A stretch of 63,616 bases of DNA, filler included, from Octopus bimaculoides (GCF_001194135.2; 9 parts of 7 records of this genome joined end to end with filler, not necessarily neighbours in it), one strand, 5' to 3'. Positions 36,656 to 51,560 are shown, counted from the first letter of the whole stretch. The notes: generated from the letters alone by a model not told the origin. A program made the numbers and translations.

Positions 36656-38015
36656 AAGGGAAACCGTTTTTTTTCCTGTATTTTGAGTAAATTATTTGTT
36701 CTGCTTTTGTGTGTTACATCATCAGCCAAAAAAAAAAAATATATATGATGTTCAACAAAAATCCCTGTGATGTATGGGAACCATAGGAAACAGGAACCAG
36801 ACCCAGACATCCGAAAAACAAACAGAAAAGGGTTACTTTAGAAGGGGCAACTATTTACTTCTCCATCCTTTATGAGAAAGTACCCATCCCCTTCAAATTG
36901 TTGAGTAACTTAAAATGAATTTTTGTCTAAGGTGTGTGGCATGACTGGCTGGTAAGTTGAGTGTTATTGTTGGTATTTTAGTGAAGTAATTTTCAAATGG
37001 AATTTTTGGTTCGTGGGTCACCTGACAGATAAGGGTGTTTTCCCCCTCTTTGATACCCATCCGTCTAAAACCCCGAGAACATTGTTTAGTTCTAGGGTTC
37101 AAACTTCTTGTTTGAAACTGAATCAAACTTAAACCTTCTGTCATAATTTCATGATGACAATGATGATGATGACGATGATGATTATGATGATGTTGATGAT
37201 GGATGCCATGAGCTGAAACAAAAACTGCAAGGGATTCCATCCAACATTTTAGCAACTCTACACCAATTCACTGCCTCAGTATATTATAGTAGGGTGGCAA
37301 CTGTACTATGTACTATACTATGGCAACTGTACTATGGCCTTGTGTGAAGTGTACTGCAGCATAGTGTGTGTGTGTGGTTCAGTGTGTGGCCATAGATTAA
37401 CGCAGTGCGATGTAAATGAAGGCAGAATGCAATGTGAATAGATCACAGACAATTCTCACTTGATTACAACAGACTGTTATTAATGACATCAATTACATTA
37501 CAATATACCTTTTAGTTCTACAGTTTATTACCTTTTCGTTTTAATTTATTTTATTTTATCTCATTGTGCTAGATTCTTTAATAGAAAATATCAAGAAAAC
37601 AAGGGTTTCACATATGTGTGTGTGTGTGTATATATATATGTATATATATATATATATATGTGTGTATGTATGTATGTATGTATGTAGGTAGATAGGTAGG
37701 TAGGTAGGTAGGTAGGTAGGTATGTGCATGCACACACACTCACATACACACACACCCTAGCAGACAATTATTCCGATATGAAAGTCTATCAGGACTAATT
37801 TATTTACCATAATCTGTTAGTCTGGTTTATTGAGAATGGCTGACACCTCCAAATGGTTAATAACTTCATCGTCATAGAAATAATAGGTATGTATGTTTAT
37901 GTATATATACATATATATAAATATACATATATATACATATATATAAATATATAAATATATAGATACACATATACACATATATTTCACATAAATCTGTATA
38001 CACACACACACACAT

Positions 38016-38067
<52 letters not shown>

Positions 38068-38194
38068 GCACATATACATATATGTGGGGGGGGGTAAATT
38101 GTTGCTGTTTTATATTTTACATTTTGCTCATGCACATTGTTTGTTTTTGATTTTGTTGACTACATGGTATAGTAGGGTCAGTTGGGCACCATCT

Positions 38195-38615
38195 GTGAGA
38201 AAAACAGCACCATGACACAATTCACTCTGCCAGAAATTTGGAAACAACATGCTGTATTGGTTGGCATTCACACCAGAAGCTCCAATAGGAACATTTCAGG
38301 GTGCTTGGGTGCCAATCTTTGTCCCCAAAACATGTAGCAAGAGTGATAAAAATCAAACATCCAATCAACATCATGGTGCCAGGAGTGATCACGAGTGATG
38401 GCGACGTTATGCCTCCATTCATCTTCCCACAGTGCCTGGATGAGTTAGTGCTGCCGTGGGTCAAAAGGGTGGCTGCTGGAAAACCCTATGTCTGGAAATC
38501 CCTGTCATAACCAAAAATGAACAGAAAGCAAGGGTTATGGCAGCATTCACCAACTTAAACAAGGAACCTGTCCAGAAGGGTTGCAGGAGATTCCGAAGTC
38601 ATTTGGAGGCCGTGT
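38195..38615 (+). mobile_element. Second, more deleted copy of the same maT-like transposon
   Basis: Shares catgacacaattcactctgcc... and ...ttccgaagtcatttggaggccgtg with 31715-32510; KHPINIMVPGVITSDGDVMPPFIFPQ is catalytic-domain-like. Confidence 0.8.
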
Positions 38616-39895
38616 TTCTTTTTTCGGATTTATGATTTACTGACAATATATATGTATATATACATATATATATATATGTATGTATCACACACACATATAT
38701 ATATATATATATGCATGTGCTTGTGTGTATGTATGTATGTATGTATGTATGCATGTATGTATGCATGCATGTATGTATGTGTATGTATGTATGTAATGTA
38801 TGTGTGTATCTGTTTGTATGTATAAATATACATACATATCTGTGTGTGTATATGTATGTATGTACGTATGTATGTGTGTGTGTATACACTAACAATTCCG
38901 TCTAGACTAAAATTAATTTCTCCAATTTCTACCGTATCTCTTTTATTAGTTCTGATATCTGATAACAGAACATTACACTTCTCACCATTCTGATGATTTC
39001 AAGAAGTACACAACTTTCTTTCTGTCTGCAAATTATTAACTTGGAAAAATTTCTTACTCTAGGAAATTTCAGGTTTCTGGAAATAAATCTGGCCATTCTA
39101 GTCAGGAAATTGTTTTTAGTTTGGAAAAAAATCTTTTATCATTATTCAAACAATTATTGCTGTGCTTAAATTTGCTGTTCGATTTGAGTTTGCAATATTT
39201 TTGATGGCAACTCAGGTGGTAAGCTGGCAGAATCATTAGCACGCTGGACAAACTGCTATGTTTAGTTTCTGAGTTCAAATTCTGCTGTGGTCGACTTTGC
39301 TTTGCATCTCTCAGGGTCAATAAGATAAGTATCAGTTGAGCACTGGGTTCAATGTAATTGACTCACCCCCTACCCCCACCCCACGAAATTGCTGGCCTTG
39401 TGTTAAGATTTGAAACCAATATTCTTGATGTGAACTAAGAATCTGAAACAGATTTTGTTGTATCTTGGGAGGCTCATTATGACAATAATAAACACATACA
39501 CTGATTCCATTTCACTTCTTTAAATTTTAATTTTCCGTTTGTTAAATATGCAATCAATGAATTGATTGATTGTTTGATTAATCATTCAATCATTAAAGTT
39601 TTTTTTAGTGTGGCCCACCTGATAATGAACCATGCCACATGTGGCTTACTTCTTGAAAAAGGTTACCCATGCTTGAACCAATGTGCTAGAAATGGCAACC
39701 ATATCTCCCTCAGTCTGCTCTGTATGGTCTAGAACAGTGAATGTACACACTACACAATGTAATCCTATGTAGCATACAAAAAAAATAATAAATAAAACAA
39801 AAAAGAGGGATGGTCAGAGACAGATTGTCTCTGATCATAGGTTTGCTACATCAGAGCAGAACTAGGGGGGGGGGTTACACAACCATAACAACAGT

Positions 39896-39927
<32 letters not shown>

Positions 39928-41274
39928 GAAACATAGCAAAGTGCTGGAAAAGTGTTTAGAAAATGTCTAGAGTTGCTCAAAACCAGTCATTATTGCCTGA
40001 CTGTGTCTGACCTGGTAAATGTAATATATAACAGCCAAATGATGGCCCTCAAGCTATCGTCTTCTATATATTGTGTACATTTATTCATTCGTGTGTAAGT
40101 ATATGTTGTGTGTGTGTGAGTGTATGGATGAATGAATGTAGAGGCAAACAATTATACATACATATACACGTACATTTATATATGTGAGTGTGTATATAAA
40201 TTATACATATATACATACATGCAGATATCTATCTATCTATCTAACTATCTATCAATTTATATATATATATATATATATATNNNNNNNNNNNNNNNNNNNN
40301 NNNNNNNNNNNNNNNNNNNNNNNNNNNNNNNNNNNNNNNNNNNNNNNNNNNNNNNNNNNNNNNNNNNNNNNNNNNNNNNNNNNNNNNNNNNNNNNNNNNN
40401 NNNNNNNNNNNNNNNNNNNNNNNNNNNNNNNNNNNNNNNNNNNNNNNNNNNNNNNNNNNNNNNNNNNNNNNNNNNNNNNNNNNNNNNNNNNNNNNNNNNN
40501 NNNNTATATATATATATATATATATAAATATATGTACTATTTATACATTATACATACAACACACACATATATATGTGTATATATATGTGTGTGTATGTAT
40601 ATATGTATGTATGTATATATATATATATATACACATACATAGATGCACATGCACACGTGTTTGTGCATGTGTATGTGTGTATTTCTGTGTGTGTGTGTCT
40701 GTGTGTATTTCTATGTGTGTGTGTGTGTGTTTACATATGTAATATCCACTGATAAAAGGATTAACAATAATGAATGGTGAAAAGTAATGCTTATCAAAAA
40801 AGAAAACCATTTTCTTTTTCTTTCATTTAAATTATGTTTTATATCACCATTATTAGTATTATTATTATTATTATTATTATGTTGTTGTGCTTGTTATTGT
40901 TGTTGTTTGTCGTTGTATGTTTCAGTTTCGAAGAAGACTTACAGCGAATATAATTTATTTGATAAACCAACCAGATTTGGTGTCGTTCTATAACTGACAT
41001 CAAGTTATTCATTGCGAAATGGACGCAACTAGTTATGATTATGTGTATCACGAGTGAGAACATAATCACACTATTAAAGCATGATTATTCACATACACAT
41101 ACACACACACACATACACTCACATGCAAGCATTTATACACAACTCACACAGACACACACTCATGTGTGTGTCTACATACAAGCATGAACGCATCATGTGA
41201 GATCTCTGACAAGAAACTCTTCTCTTTAGCATAACAATACATGTTCAATGTTCATAAAATACTACACAACACAC

Positions 41275-41610
41275 ACACCCTTTATAAATACAAGCCCCTT
41301 CACATTTCATAAACATGAGACCTTTTACTCTTTATAAGAACAAGACCTTTCTATGCTTTAGGCCCTTCAAACTTTATAAATTCTTTGCACTTGATAAATG
41401 CTAGACCATTTCACCCTTTCAACAACTTATTAATCCTCCTATGCCCTACACCCTTTATAAATGCTAAGCTTTTCATCATTCATAAACACTAAGCCCTCGA
41501 TACTTAACAAATGATGGGCCCTTAACACTTTATAAATGCTGGTCTCTTAACCCTAATGCAAACCTTAATCTTAACCCTTCACATTTCATGAATGCTAGGA
41601 CCTTCATCTT
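41275..41610. repeat. Degenerate minisatellite (recurring ctttataaatgctag / cccttcacatttcat)
   Basis: About ten diverged copies of a motif of roughly 22-25 nt. Confidence 0.55.
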
Positions 41611-44177
41611 TCATACATGTTGTTGTTGTTTCATCCCTTGTCATCCCTGATCAAACTGACCAGTGGTCAAAGCATTCCACCTATGACTATGACAATCCTT
41701 CTTTTCGTAGGCGGTGGTCATCACCTTTGAATCACGGTTCTTTTCCTGCCTCCCTTTCTTCCTCCTTTCCTTCCACCTCCCTCACATCCTCCCCCTCCTC
41801 CTATCCTCCTTCTTCACCTTATTCTCTTCTTCACTTCCCATCAATCTCCAAAACCCTCTGAAGAAAGGTCAATGACACTGGCCTTCCCTGTCTGTCTGGA
41901 CAACATAATGCAACCACAATTAACATAATGACAGTAATGATGATACACTAACGAACAATTAATCAATCAACCTATTATAATTTTTTAATTCAATAACGAT
42001 CTAAATTAATTTTTCTTAAATTAAATAAGTGTGAGAATGATATTCAGATATTTGGATAAAAATACTATTTCTTTTCTAGATATACAGGCATGGCTGTGTG
42101 GTAAGAAGCTTGCTTCTCAATCACATGGTTCATGGTTCAATCCCACTGCATGGTACCTTTTGCAAGTGTCTTCTACTATAGCCTCAGGCCAACCAAAGCC
42201 TTGAGAGTGGATTTGGTAGATGGAAATTGAAAGAAGCCCATCGTATATATATATATATATGTGTGTGTATGTATGTATATATATATATACTTACCCTTTT
42301 ATTGCCGACAGGGGGCTAAGCATAAAGGGGACAAACAAGTACAGACAAAGAGTTAAATTGATTACAACGACCTCAGTGCATAATTGGTACTTAATTTAAT
42401 CGACCCCGAAAGGATGAAAGGCAAAGTCAACCTCCTCAGAATTTGAACTCAGAACGTAACGGCAGACGAGTGTATGTACATATATTAATATAGTTGTGCA
42501 TGTGTGTCTGTATGTGTGTGTGTGTGTGTGTGTGGAAGAAGGTGATGGAGGAGGAGCGGGGAGGAAGTGGGGATAGGAAGAGAAGTGGTGGAAGAGGATC
42601 ATCATTATGATGATGATGATGATGATGATGATGAAGATAGTGACGATGATGGTGAGGATGAGGATGGTGATCACTTAATTTTATTAAAAGACACACAGAC
42701 AGATATTCAGAAAGTAATGAACGAAAATACTTATTCATTAAATCTGATTTGTAAAATGCTAAGTTCGTTTTTGGAAGTTTTTCTGGGATTTTGTCTTGTT
42801 TTTTTTTTTTTGATTTTTTTCTTTTATGTTTTTAAATGGTTCTTTTCAAATTTTACTCAGAAATAAAATTAAAAAAAAAAAAAAACCTGATTGATGGGGT
42901 ATAGGGGTGAGAGGTGTGGGGTGAGGTATGTGTGTGTGATGAAGGAAGAAAGTGAATGGGGGGGGAATCTAAGACATGATTTGGCATGCATTTTTGATGC
43001 CACATTCCATTCTAACTCCACTCGTTATTATGACAATGAAGATAATAACAGTAGCGATAACACTAACGAACAATTAATTTGTTAATTAAATTTTATATAA
43101 CAACAACAAAAACAACAACAGCAATGACAACAACAACAACAACATATTGATGCAAAGAGAAACAGACGCTCAAAAAAACATTAGGAACCAAATTACTTAC
43201 TCGTTAAATTATTTACTCATTAAATTTATTTTGAAAAAATATATATATTTATATAGTTTATTGTTTCTGTTGTTGTTATTATTGTTGTTGATGTTGTTCT
43301 TGTTGATATTTTGGTCTTTTATTGTTGCTATTATTGTTCTTATTCTTCTTTTTCTTCTTCTTGATATTTTGTCTTGTGTTGTTATTTTATTGTTATTGTT
43401 GTCATTGTTGTTGTTTTTGTTGTTGTTGCTGTCGTTAATGCGATTTTTGTTGTTGTTATTTTTATCGTTGTTATCAATATTATTGCTTTCGTTGTTGTTG
43501 TTTGTTTCTCTTTTGCTGTTCTTTGTTCCAAAGAAAAAAAAAAGAGAAAAAAAGAGAAAGAAATTTTGTTCCTTTAGATATTTAGCATCAAATTAAGAGA
43601 ACGAGATGAAATAATGGAATAATTCTACCAAAACCACCAAAATCATTATCAAGTAGTTTGATTCTTATCTTATTTCACACCAGATTCTTCCATATTATTC
43701 CATTACATTCTGCGAAATAAAACTAAACAAATGGAAAGGCTTAAAAACAAAGATGGTGGATGGGGGTAAGTGGGAGATGGAGACGGGCAGGGGAGTTTAG
43801 TTCTTCGTGATTTTTGATAGACAAGTTTAATTGATAAAATTCATTAGATGTTGGGGTGGAGGGGTTGGGATAAATAAATAAATAAATAAATAAATATAAA
43901 GGAATATATTTATATAATGAGAATGAGGTAAATGAAAAATAGGAAAGAAAAAGAAACGCTGTTGTTTTTTTAGGGGTTTTTTTTTTTTGGAAATGATATC
44001 TTTATGTGTTCAGGTTTTTGAAAAATGCATTTTGTGAAATTTTGTGCGTGAATTTTTGTTGGAAAATTTTTTGATAGCGAACTTTTTGAAGTGAAGCGTT
44101 GCATTTGCTTGTTCATGTTCGCACATATGTACACGGGTACATACATACATACATACATATGTATGCATGTATATGTA

Positions 44178-44219
<42 letters not shown>

Positions 44220-44224
44220 CATTA

Positions 44225-44485
44225 TGGCAGAGAAGTAGTCAGCAAATGGATGAAATGCGTAAGAAACTCTGACAACAACAGCCAGTATTGGTCAATAGAA
44301 AAGGACCAATTCTTCTCCATGACAACACTCGACTGCACATCGCACAACTGACCCTGCAGAAGTTGAACGAATTGGGCTACGAAACTCTGCATCATCCACC
44401 ATGCTCACCAGAACTCTCGCCTCCAGACTACCACATTTTCAAGCATCTCGACAACTTCCTGCGTGAGAAATGCATTACCAATTGA
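44225..44485 (+). mobile_element. mariner (DD34D) transposase C-terminal fragment
   Basis: RKGPILLHDNTRLHIAQLTLQKLNELGYETLHHPPCSPELSPPDYHIFKHLDNFLREK matches the HDNARPH...HPPYSPDLSPTDYH motif. Confidence 0.9.
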
Positions 44486-44507
44486 TATCCTGTTGCTTAT
44501 TTTGATT

Positions 44508-44543
<36 letters not shown>

Positions 44544-45280
44544 TATACATATAACCCATGTATGCAGTCCCACCTATACATGCATGGCAGATGGACGTTA
44601 AACGATGATGATGATATATATATATATATATATATATATTTCCTTGTGAGTTAGAGGTTGAGAAACCAACGAAGGGATAGTACCTATCCAATATACTGCT
44701 GGTAGTAGTGTACCCAATTATTCATAGCCAAATGCTAGTTATTGCAGGGCAATATCGCAATTGAGTATTATGTATGGGCGGGGGTAAAGAGTGGTTTACC
44801 CTTATTTGCTGTATACACACACACACACACACACATATACACGATGGCCCTCTTTTAGCTTCTGTCTACCAAATCCACTCACAAGGCTTTGGTCGACCCG
44901 AGGCTATAGTAGAAAACACTTGCCCAAATTGTTACGCAGTGGGACTGAACCCAGAACCATGTGCTTGGGAAGCAAGCTGCTTACCACACAGCCATGACTG
45001 ATTTAGTTATGAATTTTTTTTTTCTACAGATTATATTTCATATCAGAATACATAAACCTGAATGGCTTCACTCTCACGAAAAGCATTTTATGGAAGTCAG
45101 CACTTCAATGATGGAGATGGCAATGACTTGAAAATCTTATCTCAGCTTCTATTGATTGAAATTAAAACCAGCTGAGAAATACAAAGAAACATGTGTTGTC
45201 TTCATTTCGAAATTTCCTTAAAATCAAATTTTGTAATTTGAGCCACAATAATGTGAGAATGTACAAAGTTTTTTTGTATA

Positions 45281-45513
45281 CAGGGTTGCCCAGAAATCAC
45301 CCAACAGTAAACCAAAATTCCTTAAATGCTATCTTTGATTCTGTATTGACTCGAATGGGAAAATGTGTCGCTCAAGAAGGACTTCGGTCTGAACAGTTTT
45401 CATGATGTTTCATATTTAGATGCATTTATTAAATTCATTCATTCGTTAAACATAAATAAATCTTGGAATTAAATGGTTTTGATTTACTGTCAGGTGACTT
45501 CTGGTCAACCCTG
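45281..45513. mobile_element. Tc1/mariner-derived MITE with TA target-site duplication
   Basis: Imperfect TIRs of about 40 bp (cagggttgcccagaaatcacc / ggtgacttctggtcaaccctg) with TA on both sides; internal DSVLTRMGKCVAQEG resembles a transposase C-terminus. Confidence 0.75.
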
Positions 45514-46144
45514 TATGATTGTATATATGTATGTATGTATGTGTGTATGTTTGTTTCCATTTGTCTTGACATCACATGAGAGTCGTAAATGAGTGTCACT
45601 GTTATACAAGCAGTGTTTGTTCATTACCGATATCCTGCAAAAATGTGTCTGATAATGGGGTAAAATCTTACCGTACTTAGAAACAGGAGAGAGTTGGTGA
45701 CAGGAAGGGCATCCAGTCACAGAAAATCTGCTTCAGTAATTTCCACTTAACACAGGCAAGTACGAAAACGTAAATGTTAAAACATCGATGATGATGATGA
45801 TGATGATGACGATGATGATGAGGAGGAGGAGGAGGAAATGGAGGAGGATGATATGTGTGTATGTATGAGTGTATACGTACATGTTTGTGTGTGTGTGTGT
45901 GTGATGGTAGTTTTCTTCTAGTCCAAGAGAGATTTTTTTTTGCAATTTTTTGCTTAACAACCTGCACAAATGATTGCTTATAGTGATCAAATGCTTGAGC
46001 CGTACATTAGCTCACTGTAATATAACTATATACATATATAAATAGATGCATATGTATATACACACATACACACACGCACACATACAGTGGTATATTTATA
46101 TATATATACACATATATATACGTATATATATATATATATGTATA

Positions 46145-46233
<89 letters not shown>

Positions 46234-46260
46234 ATAGATAGATAAATAGATAAATACATA

Positions 46261-46299
<39 letters not shown>

Positions 46300-46348
46300 A
46301 CATAGACAGACAGGCAGACAGGTAAATAAAATAGATAGATAGATAGAG

Positions 46349-46379
<31 letters not shown>

Positions 46380-47270
46380 CATATACATCTGCTTGTGAGC
46401 GTTTATGGATGCGTATGTGTGTGTGTGTGTGTGTATAGGCGTGTATGTGCTTGCGTGTGTGTATATGTGCACGTGTGTAAATGTGTATACATGTGTACGT
46501 GTGTGTATGTGCACATATGCATGTACGTGTGAGTGCAGACATGTAAACAGCAGACTATCTATTACATATAACCTTGAGAGAGAGGAGAGTGAAAGAGGGA
46601 GAAGAGAGAGACATGGAAAGATAGATGGATATATATAGAGAGAGAAAGGAAGGAAGAGAGAGAGAAAGGGAAGAAGAGAGAGAGAGAGAGGCTAGCACTT
46701 TGTCAGGTATCTGAGTCAAAAGCTGTATAACCACACCCTCAAATTATGCACAGACTCCCCTCCACATTACAGAGAAAAACCTGATCCCTAGCCCTAACCC
46801 TAACCCTTACACCACCATCCCCACCCACACCGACCCCCCTCACCCAGCCCCCCNNNNNNNNNNNNNNNNNNNNNNNNNNNNNNNNNNNNNNNNNNNNTTA
46901 ATTAATTAANNNNNNNNNNNNNNNNNNNNNNNNNNNNNNNNNNNNNNNNNNNNAAACATGCAAATTGAAAGAACAAAAATGATGTTAAAATGAATTATTT
47001 TTTGCATGCTCCTTTTAAGCATTAAGCGCTTATTATTTTTTTTAATTCTATACATTGAAGAATTAAATTTAAAAATAATAATAATATTAAATGACACAGG
47101 TGCAGGCGTGCCCGTGTGGTAAGAAGCTTGCTTCGCAACCACATGATACCGTGTTCAGACCCACTGCGTGTGACATTGGGCAAGTGTCTTCTTGGTCGGC
47201 CCGACCAAAGCCTTGTGAGTGGATTTCGCTGACAGAATCTGAAAAGAAGCTCGCTCGAAACCTGAGAGAG

Positions 47271-47308
47271 TATTTTACGTTTCGAGCCTAAGCTCTTCGA
47301 CAGAAAGG
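47271..47308 (-). ncRNA. Minimal hammerhead variant (same family as 1586)
   Basis: Reverse complement: ccttt-CTGTCGA-a-GAGC(ttag)GCTC-GAAA-CG-TA-aaata. Confidence 0.6.
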
Positions 47309-48599
47309 AACACAGAAATATTCAGGGAGAGAAAATAGAAAAAGGTTTGGTGGTTAGCGTTCTATCATGACATACACATGTGTGTGTGTGTGTGCGTGTG
47401 TGTGTATGTGTGTGTGTGTTTATGTGTGTGCCTTTATGGCTGTCTTTGTCCCCGAACCATCGCTTTTCAGGTGATGCTGGTGTGTCGATGTCCCCTTTGT
47501 CCAAACTTATCGGTTTGACCAGAGAGACCGATATAAGTGCTAGGTTTACAAAGTATAAGTGCTGAGGGTCAATGGTTTCGATTAAAAGGGTAGTGCTCCA
47601 GAAGGGCCGCTGTTATATGGCTGAAACAAATTAGACAATAAAAGAAACACATAAAAATAAGTATAACAATATTACAATGAAAACTATTTGAGACTAAATG
47701 TTACGTTAAACTTGGAATGAAATTATAAAAATGTCAAAAATTTAAGGTTAAATATAAAATTATTTTCAAATGTTGATAGAAGGTCAGTAATTTCGGGGTG
47801 AGGGATAATTGCATTATATGGACGCCAGTGTGTAACTGGTACTTATGTGCTTGACCCCGTAATGATGAAGGGCACAGTTGATCACGGTGGAATTTGAACA
47901 CTGAATGTAAGGAAAGACAAAATGCTTCTTAGCACTGTGCTCAGCATGCTAACGTTTCTGCGAACTGACTAGCTTAATTTTAAACAAAATTTCAAAAGAT
48001 TAAGAAGTTATGCATAAATGAATTAGAAGTACGAAAGGTTAAAAAATTGAAAAAGTAATGAAATGAAAAAATTTTAAAGATATAAATTGGAAAATTCTAT
48101 TAGCTGAAGTATAAAGGTAGAAGTTAAATCCATAGCGATAAAAAAAAATTAAGAGTTAAATTTACCAGATTAGAAATAAAAAATTAAACATATCAGTGTG
48201 AGGTTATATAATATTCTAAGTGGTAAACTTGAAAAAATACATAAACCGTTATAAGCTTTAAGAAATATGTGAGGTATGAACCTAGATATGCGAATGTAAA
48301 TGAGTGGATGGTGATCAGTGATAATCCATGGGTTTATAAGAAAAGTTGATTTTACAAAAATATGAAATAATTATATAGACGGAAAATGTACGGATATAAA
48401 AAATAAGAATATATGTCTATAGGTCTACATCTTGTTATCGTATATAATGTTTCACACAGGTCCACATCTAAATTCTTCATGTGCGCATGCACACATAATT
48501 GTGGTTGATTGTATATGGGTCAATAAGCTTCACAATGAAAAAGATATAAATACTTCCTTAAGAAAGGTAATGATAGAAAACGTTTAAATAAAATAACCG

Positions 48600-49310
48600 A
48601 AGTTAAACCATTTAAATAAAATAATACAATAAAAATCGAAAAGTAAAAATATATAAAATAATATAAAATTTCATAGCTGCTCTCGTTACTTGTGTGGTGA
48701 AGGAAATCAAAAATATTAGAATGTACTCGGTGGCTTGCTGGCACTAGGATCAAACAGTTCTTCAGGATAAATCGCCTTTCTGTATTCCTAAGCTCGCACA
48801 TTCTATTGCCGTTAGCTTAATATTTGCATTATACCAGAATGTTGCAGTTAATTGTGTTTTTGTAGCTTTCCTTTCTAAATTCCCTGCATTGCGAATTTGG
48901 TAGTGGTTAGCGTGCTCCATTGTCTAAAGGAAGAGTTAAGATTTTTGAATCCTTCCTCGTATTTTCCATCGATAAATTTAATGTAACTCTTGGTACAGGT
49001 GGTGTTATTAGTAATGATCGCTTCATATACAATGGGTTCGGCCATATACGCTCCATTCAGTTTATACAGATCTCTATTCCTGAAAGGACAAACGACTTCT
49101 CTTGGCCACATCGATCGCCCATACGTCATTTAGGTGTGATGGCGTATTGGTTAAATCGTCAGAGCTTTGGTTTAAATGTGTGTGTATTTGACTCAAATCT
49201 CTGCACTGTCTGTCCAAATTTCGTCGACATCAATTTTACGACAATTTGTCCGTGGATTCTAAGTAACAAACCAGAACAATGAATTAATGGCACTTTTAGA
49301 TCACCAAGAG
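48600..49310 (-). mobile_element. Penelope-like retroelement remnant (linker plus GIY-YIG endonuclease)
   Basis: Translates with disruptions as MSTKFGQT... and KLNGAYMAEPIVYEAIITNNTTCTKSYIKFIDGKYEEGFKNLNSSFR, matching the PLE pattern STKIGQT...CPLNGxCLxxxIVYxAxV...KxYIGxT...FKxRxxNHxxSFR. Confidence 0.75.
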
Positions 49311-51080
49311 CACGCTGTGCATTGTATCTTCCAGTTATCTTCTGGTAAGTGTATAGGCCGTTAGTCTGAGATGTTTGAAAGAAGTAATGTCTTGGTGTGG
49401 ACGGAAGGAATTTGTAGTATTTTATAAGGGTACGTTTTCCACATATTACTCGTAACTTGTAAATAAAATATGTGTACAGGTGTAGATATAAGATCAACTC
49501 TGTCCGAAAGAAGACAAACGTACCTACACACCGCGATAAATACACATATGCAATCACGCACCCACACTCGAATATCAACAATATAATGTGTACCTATAAA
49601 TCTGTTTGTATGTTTAATTGTGAGAAATCCGTTACTTTCAGAATTAGTATATAAGTATCACGCATCCAACTCTATTCCAACATCCTGTAATGGCGTTGGA
49701 TCTAAAACTAACGCTCGATATAAAAGCGCCATATTCCAGTGAAATTCAGGGAATAAGATACGAGTTGCATGACACAACGTGATTTGCTGCATGATATATC
49801 GCTTAGAACAACAATAATGTTTCTGCTGTTCTTTGGATACTTTCGTCATTATATTTGTGAGTCTACAGGAGATTCGCGGAAGTCGTAGCAGTCTTGTACG
49901 ATTATTACTGAATGTAACAGGTTTCCTTTAAAATTTATTTTAATGGAAAGCTTCTAAAGTTCTTTCACTTTAAAGAGTTTATTTCAATGAATAGATTGTT
50001 CTAAATGATATATGCATACGTACTAAATGAAAAAATACATATCAAGAAAATGACATCCCAAACAGTGAAAAACACGTAAACATACAACGTGAGATAATCA
50101 CGGAACAAAATACAAAAAAGAAGTCTAACCGCTACGCCTTAGTTGTCGAGTGTGATATGATTCCCTATATATATTCATGTGTTGGCTCAACGAGAGAAGA
50201 ATGCTGATATTATATCTTCCGACTCTGATCTTCGACCACGTACTTTGATATCTGTTATACAAACCATCAGGGTTATATATTGTATTCGCTCGAGCTCAGG
50301 ATACTGTGGAGCGGATATAGTTCCTGTGGACTATATCTTGAAAACATAGTACGCCATCTTATAGTTTATTGACAACGTATTGGCGGAAATACACGGGCAT
50401 CTACTGTTTTTGATGTTTTTCTTACGCACACCATACCGTCTTTAAAATGGATACTTTAAATAATTCAACATGGGATAATAGGCGAATATATGACTGAGGA
50501 AATAAACAGCCCACACAACTTCTAGCCTTGTGAGTTAATGTGGTGGTTTGTTAAAGAAAACTTAGTGTAATCTCTACATATGTACGTATATATGAACGTG
50601 CGTGTGAGTGTGTCTGTGTTTCTGACACACTATCGCTTGATACCAAGTATTGCTTCGTTCAGGTTCATACAACTTAATGCTTCGGCGCAGGAGATAGAAA
50701 AATGTCAAAATTAATAAATAAGTACTGAGCTGATTTGTCCGACTAAACTCTTCACGGTGGCGAACGAGCATGGCTGCAGTCTAATGATTGAAAACAGTAA
50801 ATCTTAAAAGGTAAACTATAAAAGAAGATAGTTCTATATATATATATGTATATATAGAAATGTAGATATACACAACGTCCGTAAATCTGTATACACACAA
50901 ACATATACAGTAGCACCTCGGTTTTCGAACAAATCTGATCGCGAATAAATCGTGCTTTATATATATATGTGTGTGTGTGTGNNNNNNNNNNNNNNNNNNN
51001 NNNNNNNNNNNNNNNNNNNNNNNNNTTAATTAATTAANNNNNNNNNNNNNNNNNNNNNNNNNNNNNNNNNNNNNNNNNNN

Positions 51081-51560
51081 NATATACTCGAGGCAATTCA
51101 GCGTCACTATACAGAAAAAGATCGCCACAGTCCAACAGATGAACTACAGGGAGCGACTGAAGGCACTAGGTCTCTACTCCCTGGAGCGCAGGCGGGAGAG
51201 ATATGCAATAATATACATAGGGAAAATACTGGAAGGACTGGTGTTAAACTTTGGCATCAAGTACTACAAGAATGCCCGCACAGGTCGCCACTGCACGGTA
51301 CCAAAGTTGCCGTCCACTGCATCTCACATAAGAACGAGATACTAAAACAGCCTCGGTTTCAGAAGACCTCAGCTCTTTAATTCCCTGCCAAAACATTCCA
51401 GAGACCTGCAGGACATGAATATAGAGGTCTTCAAGAGAAAACACGATGCTTTCCTCTCCGCGATACCAGAAGAACCAAAGGCTCGAAATGAGACACAGTT
51501 TAGGGCAGGGATGTCAAATTCTCATATACACCAGATGTGCTATCAAAACTCTTGATTGGA
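51081..51560 (+). mobile_element. CR1-group LINE 3' fragment
   Basis: LEAIQR...YRERLKALGLYSLERRRERYAIIYIGKILEGLVLN...RTGRHCTVP...FNSLP...FKRKHDAFL..IPEEP is a typical RT C-terminal region. Confidence 0.8.

Noticed and set aside
36893-37255. 120-aa minus-strand ORF with protein-like composition
   Set aside because: No recognisable domain or splice boundaries, and the N-terminal part is a (CAT)n repeat; it remains unassigned.
46788-46808. Telomeric CCCTAA repeats
   Set aside because: Only about three units are present, too short to call an interstitial telomere.
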